Assembly: GCA_016748015.1 (NCBI GenBank)
Contig: JAAOMT010000303.1
Location: 620,001-684,000 of the forward strand
DNA: 64,000 nt
Direction of reading: 5' to 3'
DNA from: Geosiphon pyriformis uo1
Taxonomy: Eukaryota > Fungi > Glomeromycota
In this document: in pieces, positions 50,813 through 61,316 of the stretch
How the letters are laid out: the number at the start of each line of letters is the position of its first letter
How positions within the stretch are numbered: the first letter of the stretch is position 1
The notes under the pieces: model-generated
The model's database searches: none
What the model was told of the DNA's origin: nothing
Seen by the model: the letters and a program-made list of their open reading frames with translations, nothing else
Made by a program: the position numbers and the translations under genes

Positions 50813-53309
50813 TTTTTATTATTAAAATTAAGAAAATAAATTATAAATAATTTTGGAACAATGCTTTTTTTATAATAAGTTAAACAAAAAAACTTCTTTC
50901 TTTCCTATGTCCAAAATTTTCCAAAAAGCATTTTTTTAAAAAAAAAGTTTTTTTGTTTTTTCTGTTGTTATTTTTCAATATTTTACAACTTAATAATTCT
51001 TTCATTATGGATTTAAAAACTGTTTCAGACAGTAGTATGACTAAAAAAAAGACATATAAGAAAGCTTTTCATGGTTTTATTAAAGATTTTTTTCTCAGAA
51101 AAAAAGTGTTGTGTTAGAAAATATTAAGCACTTAAGTAATAAAAAAGATGTTTCTTTGGTGAAGTTTAATTCTAGTAGTGATGTCTATTCTGATATAGGC
51201 AGTGAGTCTAGTAAGGATAAAAACAGTAGTTTTATGACTAATATACATGATGAGTCTTCTTTGGATTTGACTACTGCTATTTTTAAAGTAAAAAGAGTAA
51301 ATACTAGTATGGCTTATGGCTTATTTTTCAGTTCTCTGAATTTTAAAATAGATAATGAAGTTGAATTCTCTCTATTTCCTCTTGGTATCTCTTTGAATAA
51401 AAGATGGGTTGATCTTAAAATTATTAAAACTCAAGTAAAAGTACCAATTAGAAAGTTTTTTGTCTTAAATATTAATCTCTTCATAGTAAAAAACAAATCA
51501 GCTACAGCAAAGACTCAAATAATTAAAAAATTTTTTCAACTGTCAATGGTTTTAAAAGGGTCACTACTTTTTCAAAATTTAAAAAGATTATTAAATCGAC
51601 ATTTACATTAAAAAAAAGCATAGAAAAGACTGCTTTATTGGCCAGAAAAAAAAATTATCATAAACAGTAATCTTAAAAAACAAAAAATTTGTTCAGATTA
51701 AGCTGTAGTAATCAAAAAAATTCTTATAAATATGCTAAAAAAAATGATTATTGCTGCAGTATTTAAGTTTGAACAAATTAAGTTGATCAAATTGCAACTA
51801 ATTAGGATATGGCAAAAAGCTATAGTGAAGTTTGCCAAATTGGAGCAAGCAAATTAATTGGCAGCAAGATAGTTATTTTTAATCAGAAAAAATTCAGTTT
51901 GTATAGTTAAAGCTATGAGTGATCATAATATTTGGACATTAAAAAATTGGTTTAGTGCACTTTTGTTTACTTTGTCAGTAAAAACAACTGCACATAATCT
52001 TGGAACTCTTCTGAATAGAACTGGTGGAAAAACTTGTATTATAAATTGGTTATTTAAAACTGGCAATAAAGTTTGCTATGTTGTAATTGGCTTTGAATTA
52101 GAAAAAAAACTGAATTTTGCCTTTTACATAGAACCTATTTTTGGTGGTGTCAAACTTTTATGGACTAGATTGGATTTGGTTTGGTATAAAAAGTGTAAAA
52201 AGTTTGGTCATTTTGCTTTAGAATGTGATGTGCTAAATGTATCCATTTTTACACTCTTAAAAATATTTAAGAAAGTTGTTTTTAATGCAAATTGCATTTA
52301 GCTTACCAAATTATATATTAAAAAATGTGTTTTAATCTTTTATTGTTACTGATAAACTTGGTAGTATATAGTGGTAATATTTGGTGCTCAAGATTTTGGG
52401 TTTCTAAAGAGCTTTTAATAATTTTTTTTCAGTAGGTTTGTTTGTTATGTTAGTGTTATTAGTTTCTAAAAGTCTGCTTGATTGTTATAAATTTACCCAT
52501 AGAGTTTTTTGATTATAAGGCACAGAGAGATATTTTATGATGTTGCAACTTTTTGTATGTAAATGTGAGCTATCTTTTCTAAGCTAACAAGCACAGTCAT
52601 TAGGATTTGGTGGTGTCTTTTTGCTTTTCTGGTAAGCTACCAAGATAATATTAATATCTAAACTTAAGAGAAGCTTCTTTTTTTTACCAGACTATTACAA
52701 AGTCTATTCTTAAACAGTCAATTTTTCTATGTTGCTACTCTATAAAAGAAAATAAAAAAAAATAAATTAGTATTATTAATTACTATAATCAAGAGTGATT
52801 GGTCTAGGTTATTAAAGATTCGAGATGTTTATGCTAAAAGCATCTATTTTAAAATAAAAGTATGACTCAAGAATTAGTTTGATTCAAGTATGGAATGATT
52901 AATAACCATGTATTAATAATTTTAAGTTTTTTAAATAAGCCTTTTATTTTTATACAATGTAATAATTATAAGAAAGAGAAAAATTAATTCTTTTTTGGCT
53001 GTTTTTCTAACTTTTACAACTATTTATTTTTATATATATTTTTTGGTTCTATAAGATTGTTTTTTTAATTGTTTTGTTCTTGTTAACTATTGCTTCACTA
53101 TTTCTGTTATTGCTTTGTTCTTTTATGTTATTACTAGTTATCTTATGTTTTAACTAGTTATTTTATATTATAACATATTATCAAGTTTTGTATTATGTTA
53201 TCTTAAGTTATTACATATTATTCTGTGTTCTTTTATGTTATTTTGTGTTATTTCATGTTATTATGTTTTTAGTCACGTTTTTTCTATAACTTTAGATTGG
53301 TTTTTCTAT

Positions 53310-54040
53310 TTAGATAATATTATTTCTTTTTTTTAGGAATTGAGCTCCTGCAAAATTGTATGTATCTGTAAAATTTGTGTTCTTTGTGTAGTGTTCAATT
53401 ATAGCATTAAGTATTGTTTTTTGTAGGTTTTCAAATTAATTATTTGTTATTCATCCTATGTTGTTAACCATAATAGTTGTTAATAAGCTGTCTAATAGTA
53501 TAACTGAACAGTATTTGAATGCTAAATATAAATAATATGCTGCTTTGTAATTCAGTGTAGGTTGTTTCTTTCTATAAATTCTTCTACTTGTTTGAAAGCC
53601 ACTTTGTTAAATGTTTGATGGTTGAGGTTTTTGTATGGTGTAATTAATTCTAGTTGTTCATCAATTTTATAGAACTAGTAGACTAGTGGAAGTCTTTTTT
53701 TCCACATTCTGAAGTTTTCAGATGTTTATTCTTTTATTACTGGTTTCAATGCTGGCTTATTAAAAGCTTTTTTGATTTTTTTGAGCTTTGCCCAAGACAT
53801 ATTTTTTTTTTTTGTTTTCTCTTTTCCTTAATTATTGTGCAGAACACTAACCATCAGGATAAAAAGTTGTTTATAGAAATAGGATTGTTCAGTTTTAATT
53901 GAACTTTCACTTTTTTTTCTGATTTTATCTTTGTATTATATATCTTTTTTATCAATGGTAATTTCTATTTGAGTGGTAAATTGTTGAATTGTGTTAAATA
54001 GTTGTTTTGAAAGTTGTAGAATTTGATCCAAAAAATCCAT
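53310..54040 (-). pseudogene. ORF3 of family G (~240 codons, degenerate), candidate homologue of family A ORF3
   Basis: Manual translation: MDFLDQILQLSKQLFNTIQQFTTQIEITIDKK...FYKIDEQL...NYKAAYYLYLAFKY...NIG*ITNN*FENLQ...NFAGAQFL, with stops and at least one frameshift. Confidence 0.6.
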
Positions 54041-54121
54041 GTTGTAAGTTTTATTGATTTATTTTTGTTGTTTTGATGGTTATATATACTTAAATTTTCT
54101 AATTAAATAGTTTTGTATTGA

Positions 54122-57100
54122 TTATGTTTCAATAATAATGATTGGTTTCAGATATCATAATATATCTTCAGATCTAATTAATGGAATTTGTGTTTTTATT
54201 TGAGATACAAATAATAATAACTCTTGTTTTGTATGATAAATTTTTAACTGATTTTTATGTACTACTTTCTTTAAAATCTTGTTTTTCAATCATAATTTGT
54301 AAGTTTCATTGCCTAAAACTTCATGTATATGGAATGGACCATTCCATTTTGAGTCAAACTTTCCATTTTACTGTTTCTTAGTTTTTATACAATATAACAG
54401 TACTTGGTCTTCAATCTTGAATTCAATTAGTTGGTCAGATAAGTGATTATCATGTCTTTTTTTTGTTGTTCTTAAGCTTTGCTAATATTGTCAGCTGCTG
54501 TTCTATAATTGTTTTTCAATGTTTCTATAAGTTAATATGTTTTTTGGTGTAAGATAGTTTTAAAATTTTTCTCAGTGATAGTTTCTGTTAAAAAAGAAAG
54601 TATTTTTTATTCAATAGATAAGGTAGCTTTTTTTTTATAGACTAGTTTAAATAATGTAAATTAAATAGTATTTTGCTTTAATGTTTGGTATGCAAATAAT
54701 ACAAAAAGTATAAATAAGTCTCATTTTTGCATTTTTGTAACTTATTTTTGCTAATGCTTTACACAATGTTTGGTTAAATTGTTATACCAATCTATTTGTT
54801 TGTGGATAATATTGTAATAATAAGAGTTGTTTTATTCCAAACCATTAACTTAGCTTGGTTAACATATTATTAACAAAATGCATTTTTTGATCTAACAACA
54901 ATTCTTTTGAGTATTCATGTTAGCAAATTAGATCTTAATGTACAAACTCAGTTATTGTTTTAGTGTTGACTACTTGAATTGCTTTGGCTTTTGGCCATTT
55001 GGTAAGGTAGTCTACTGCTATAGCAATATACTAATTTCTTTTGGTTATAATTAAGAGAAGACCAATTAAATTGATCCTAATTCTATCAAATAGATTTTCA
55101 ACTAGAATGGATTGAAGTGGTTCTGTGAATCTGGCTTCTTTTTTTCATTGGTATGAGTCACAATTAAGAATGTATTCAAAGATATCTTTATACATTATTG
55201 GCCAATAGTATAAATTTATTGTTTTTTCTAAAGTAATGTCTTTGTTAAAATGTCTTACAGTGAAGTCAAAATGCATGCTATGTAGAATAGTTTTTTTTTG
55301 TTGTTTTTTATAACTTGTTATGAGGTGGTGCAGTTTCAATGTTCTTTACAATATAGTTGATTGTTTTGAATAAAGTAATTATAAGCTTGTTTCCATATAT
55401 TACTTTGTTCTTGTTGAGATAATATCTCCTTAAACTGCAGTATTAATAAATACTGATATAATTGCTGATAAGTGTTTGTATTTATGAATTTGAGATTAAA
55501 TTTGTATTATCCTTGACAAACTGTCAGCATTAATGTTTTTGGATTCTTTCTTATAATAAATCTTGTATGAAAATTGTTGCAGATAAATACTCTATTATGT
55601 GTATTTTTTTTTTAGTTGTGGTTTGCTGAATAACCAAATAAGTCTTTTATGATTGGTGTATAGATCAAACAACTGTTTAAGATAGTGTCTTCAATTTTGT
55701 ACTGCCCAGTAGATAGCAAGACATTCCAAATTTGTCATGCTGTATATTTTTTCTACTGGGCTGGTACTGTGACTAGCATAAATAATCAACTGCTTTTTGT
55801 TGTCTGGCTTTATTTAAAACAGGATCACTTTTAAAGCATTTTTTGAGGCATCTGTTACAATAATAAACTGCTTATTAAAGTCAAGATAAATCAGTATTAG
55901 TGCTATAATAAGGCATTGTTTAAGATAGTTAAACACTTTTTGTTAATTTTTTTTCTATATATATGGTATGTATTTTGACAATAGATAGTAAAGTGGTTTT
56001 GCAAGTTGAAAAATTCTTTAATGAATCTGCAATAGTATTTAACCAGTTCTAAGAATTTTCTCAGTTCTTATAAATTAGTTGGAGCTGAAAAATTTTTGAC
56101 TTTTTGTACTTTGTCTGGATCAGACTTGATTTTGTTCTTGCCAATTATGTATTCTAAAAATTTCAGTTTAGTTTTCTCAAAGAAATATTTGTCAAGATTG
56201 AGTTTTAATTCAGCTTCTCAAAGGTGTTTAAAGACTTGTTGTAAGTGAAATAAGTGATTGTCAGACATTTTAAAAAACACATTGGTGTTGTCCAAGTAGA
56301 TTATAACTGATTTCTAAAGAATTTCTTTGTATAATACATCCATAAAACATTGAAAGATAATAAAAGCATTACACAATTCAAAGAGCATTACATTAAACTT
56401 GAAGTTTCTGTCTTATATGATAAAGACTATTTTCTCTTTATCTTTGGGATTTATTTTTACTTGTCAATATCCACTGGCTAAGTCTAATAATGAAAATTAT
56501 TTTTTGTTGTCTAAATTATTCAATATTTTTTGTATAAGAGAAGTAAGATAATTATCATTATAAGTAATGCTGTTTAGTTTTTAGTAATCTACACAGAACC
56601 ATATTTTTTTATTCTTCTTGGTAACTAATAAAACCAAAAGCTTAATGATTTTTGATCAATTTATGATCTAACATTTATTGTATTTCTTTCTTAATTAAAT
56701 TATTACCTATTGGATTTACTTGATATGTTCATTTTTTAATAGGACAGGCATCTTTTGTATTAATCTGATGTTTTATAATGTCTGTGTGTTCAAACTTATT
56801 TTTGCTGGCAAAGACATTAACATATTGATTTAGAAGAACTTTAAGCTGTATTTGTTGTAAGATACTTAAGTTTTCCAAATTAAGTTTATTGATTTCTTTT
56901 GATGTAAACAAGTAATTCTCTTTTGGTAGATTTTATTCTTGTGAAATAATGTCACAAAATAAGAACAATTATGTGAAATTTAAAATAGACTGGAGTTGTT
57001 TAGGATTCTGTATATTAGAAAAAATAGATCCAACAAGGATATCTTTGGAGATTTTGATGATATCTTCAGTGTGATTATGAATGGAAATTTTTAAATGTTT

Positions 57101-59300
57101 ATAAGCTTTGACAGGTATATATATATTTATAATATTGACTAAAGAGCAGATTTTGGAGTCAGCTTTAAATAATAAGACTTGGTTTTGGATTTTCTTATCT
57201 ACTTTGAAAATGTATTGTCGATATAAAAAAATAAAGATAACTGTATTAGTGTAGATAAGTTCTATTTTGTCACTGTCTTCTCCAGTAAAATTGATTAATA
57301 TGTTTTCTCTTTTACTTGATCCAAACCCATTAATTTTTTGGTGATAAGACTTAATTCTTTTTGGGTAGTAACTAAAGTCAACTATGGTATTTTCAAGAGA
57401 GGTAGAAAAATAGCTTGGGCAATTTTTTCTTGTAATTTTATTTTGTAAAATTTGTTAGAATTGTTTTGTGGCATTATGATAATGTTTTTCATATAATCAG
57501 TATTAATAACTTCTTCTTTTATATCAATTTCTTTCTTTGTAAGACTAAACTAAGATGTGACTTGTACCATTATGCTAATAGAAATTTCCAAAGCTATTTT
57601 GAGATCTATTTTACAAGAGAATATGGAACTATAATAATAAGTAATTGTTCTGGATATCTCAAGTCAAAGCCAGCATTGATTTTATGTGTTTTTTCTGGAC
57701 ATATTTTTTTATTGTTGTTACTATATTACTTCAATTTTAATTCTTTGAAGAGATCTAGATAGGCAAAGTACTGTTCTATTTCAGTAGTTTCTCTTAACTC
57801 TTGAAATAACATGTTTTCTATGATGGATTTATATTCTTTCTTGGATTCTGGTAGTTTAATAATAGGATATAGTGTTTTTGGGAGTGGATTAAACAAGAAA
57901 TTACACTCATTACAGTACTGAAAATAACAAAAAATCAGACAATAATTGCACAGTTTTATGTTTAAGTTAGCTAGTCTTTGTTTCTGCTTTTTTCAAGTAG
58001 AAGCCAAGTCTTGGTATCAATCTTGGAATGCTTTCAGATCATCTATAAATGGATTGTATTCAGGTTCAAAAAGTGTTAAGAAGTTGTCTTTGATTTCTTG
58101 TATTTTTTGGAGTAAAGTATTTTTAGCTTTAGTACTTGTTATTCTTCAAAGTTCACTTTTATCATGTAAATAACTGTTTAACCAATTTAATACTTGTTTT
58201 TAGGCATTATCAATTAGAGTTCTTTTTTATATCCAATTGTTAACTAACATTATGTATTGACACATTTTATTACATATTCTTCTTCTGTCAAGGATATCAT
58301 TCCACAATCTTTTATCTAATAAGATTTTGCTACATGTAAGACATAGTATATTGTCCTATTTATCTTGTCATTTTGGATGTCTAAACCTTTTCAATATGTA
58401 AGATCTGTAATAATATCTGGTGGTAATTGGCCATTCTTCATTATTTCCAATACATATATTCATTAAAAATAATTTTTTTCACAATCAACACAGATTAGTT
58501 TCAAAAATTGGTATAATTGATCTCTTTAATATAATGTTTGGTAAATTAGTAATGAAATCTGGTGTTTTTTCTCAGTCTTTTTTTTTTTTTATCTTTTCAA
58601 GTAGGAATTGATAATAGCTCTATTCGAAAATCATCTGTTCAAAAAATCTGGTATGTTTCTAAGATTGGTTGAAAAATCAGTTTGTTGAATTTAATTAAGG
58701 GTTGTTTTGAAATTGTTATTTAGAAGTGTCTACACATTATGAGTACTTAAGCATATTGTTCTTTAAAAGTGATTTGAAGTTCTTGTGTATTCCAGTCTAG
58801 AGTAGTGTGGACTTTTGTTAGCCAATTGTTTCCTATAAGAGCCTAATATTATGTGGCTTCCATGATGAGCACTTTGATAGAAATTTGAATTCCACTAATT
58901 TTAAAGAGAAAATTATTAATTTCTTTGATTAGAATCTTGGTATTGCTATCTGTAGTAATAATTCAGACAGTGGCAATACAATCTACTTGGTAACCTAATT
59001 AATTCATAAGTTGTTTTATGATTATACTACTTACTGATCTGTTATTGAGAATTAATTTAATGTCTATGTTTCTGATTTTAGCATTAGTGTACATTCCCAT
59101 AATTAGTTTGTTCTAATTAATGGCAGCTCTACTAAACAGACTAGTTGTGTTTAGGTTGTTAATGTTAAAAAGGAAGATAGCAGCCAGAATAGTGTTTTCC
59201 ATAATAGTAGTAGATGAAATTGTATTGTTGGTTTGGTTTAGAGTTAAAGAATTATAAGTTTTTTTTATATTTTTTCCTTTTAAAAATGTAGTATTACCAA
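54122..59300 (-). pseudogene. pol: pol of family G: protease, Cys-rich insert, dUTPase, RT, RNase H, integrase
   Basis: Protease IKLILNNRSVSSII ~59020-59065. RT FCVDY ~56584, DLASGY ~56470-56487, YLDN 56287-56298. RNase H TDAS ~55845. Integrase H..HF..YYWPIMY..CDS (ORF 55145..55339), DYLTKWP ~54995, WNGPF ~54335. Confidence 0.88.
57314..57705 (-). pseudogene. dut: Trimeric dUTPase domain within family G pol
   Basis: All five motifs in order: AGFDL (57660-57674), S*FSL (from SRSSL), EEVINTDYMK (from GGVIDxGYxG), KIAQAI, INGFGSS (GFGSS at 57314-57328). Confidence 0.88.
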
Positions 59301-61250
59301 AATTTAGAGTTTTTATAAGACTAAGATACAATGCTTGATTAGAATATCTGGCTTGTATTAGTCACAATGGTAAACTATTATGCTGTACTGGCCAGAATAG
59401 TCTGCTGTTAATTTGCATCTAATTGTCACTGGCATTTTTTCATCCTTAATTATAGTCAATTATTTAAGATCTGAGTTAGTTGTAAGTAAGCACTTGGTAT
59501 TAAGATGTTATTAGCATTGTTTTAGGTGGCTAATAGTAATTTTGTGATATTTGTTGTATCTACTATGGTGGCTAATATTGAGATACAGTATATTAGAGTC
59601 CTAAGATTTAAAGATATCTCTGTTGTTGTAGATGTTAATTTTTTTGGTTTTGGTCTATTACTTTTTTTCAGCAATCCCAGACAATATGTCCAGATTTCTG
59701 ACAGTAGTAATAGTTGCAAAGATCTGATCTTCAGAATTGTTGTGATTGTTAATAATTCTGTTGCTGTTGATATCTGTTGTTGTTGTTGTCTTTTTATTAA
59801 AGTGGTTAATAGGTTCCAGTAGTACTGATTAAAAATCTCTTAATTTTCTGAGTTAATGTCTTATTTAATTGGGTTATATTTGTGTTAATATCTAAAATTC
59901 TATTGATGGCCAAGTTAATGACTTGAGTATAATTAGCTTCTTGTTCTGTCAACTTAAAATTATAAGCAAAAAGGACTGCTTCTTGTAGATTTGTTAGATA
60001 ATAGAGTTTTACAGATTGTAGGATACTGTTCCTTAATTCCTTAACAAATTGATTGAGAATTTGTGTTGTAGTGTAGTAATCTCTTTCAATTGCCAGTATT
60101 TGTTAAAAAACTTAATTAAACTGTTTGAAGTAGTTACTGTTTTATAATTTTTTTGTTTTATTATGCTAAACTGATTTTGTAGTTAGATAAGTGTGTTAAA
60201 ATTACAAAAGTATTGTAAGAAGACTTGTTTAAAAATGATAAAGATGGTAGGTTTTTCTTTGAGATTTTGGTACTATAAGTTTGTAATTCCTGTTAAAAAA
60301 AACAGCAGTGCTTGAATTATTTAGTTATTATCTCAATTATTGACAATAATTGCTTTTTCAGCTTCTGTTATTCAGGTATATGTATTATCTTTTTCACTAA
60401 AAAATTTCTCTAATTTAGCAATATCTCAGTAAGCTATTATCTAAGGAACAAAAAATAGTTGACTTATTAATAACAAGAAGTTTAGTAATAGTGTACTATA
60501 TTGTTCTTTGGGTGTTAATATTAATTGTTTCTCTTTGTTAAAACCAATAAGTAGTAAGATGGCTGTTTCTTTAGTAAGAGTGATTGCTAACTCTATTAGG
60601 AGCTGTGCTAGTAATAATGTTCAAGAGGATGTGCTTCTGCTGAATTGGCTGGCAGTTGGAATAAGATTCCTAAATAGTGATTCATATTTTTTTAAAGATT
60701 TTGTTTAAAGATTATTATTGTGGCCTCAGAGATACAGAGTTTCAGAAGTTCTTGGAGTTTTTGTTTATGTTTTTATAGGTTGGTTAAATAGGATTCTACT
60801 TTCTGGTGTCTAATGATATAAAAAAGTGGTTGGTAAAAGGAATCTTGATTTCTTGTTGACCATGAGTTGGGCTTGTTCTTGTGTAACTGTTGTATTATCA
60901 GATTTGAACTCAGATTCTGTGGAGTCAGGCTTTACTATTTGTCTTTCTTTTACTTAAGGGTACTATTGTGCTGTGTATTTTTTGATTTTTCTATCAATTA
61001 TACAAAAGATCTTAGTTATGATTCAAGTAGTAATTTTTGTTGAGTATTTCAATAATTTTTGGTGTATTTGTTTTTTGATTCTTCTTGTGTCTGTTGTTTT
61101 GGCCTAGCAAACAATCAATTTTTGCATGTAGATATTAACAAAAATTTTTTTAGTGGTAATGGCTTCAAGTAGTATTTCTAAATCTTTTTTAAAGTATTAA
61201 AATAAGACTTTTCTGTACAGTGAATAATCTTTTTTTACTGTTTCAATGGT
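59300..61250 (-). pseudogene. gag: gag region of family G
   Basis: Capsid-like segment AKLEKFFSEKDN..EAEKAI..IQALLFFLTG..FKQVFLQYF near 60200-60420, lying between the PBS and the protease. Boundaries approximate. Confidence 0.7.
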
Positions 61251-61297
61251 CACCACTTTTGTGAATTTCCAGAGTGTTATGTTTCTGTGAATTTTAT

Positions 61298-61316
61298 AAC
61301 CTCACAGAAAGCACCA
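61298..61316 (-). promoter_or_regulatory. Primer binding site of family G, same tRNA as family A
   Basis: Plus strand AACCTCACAGAAAGCACCA, 2 nt from the LTR. Confidence 0.85.
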
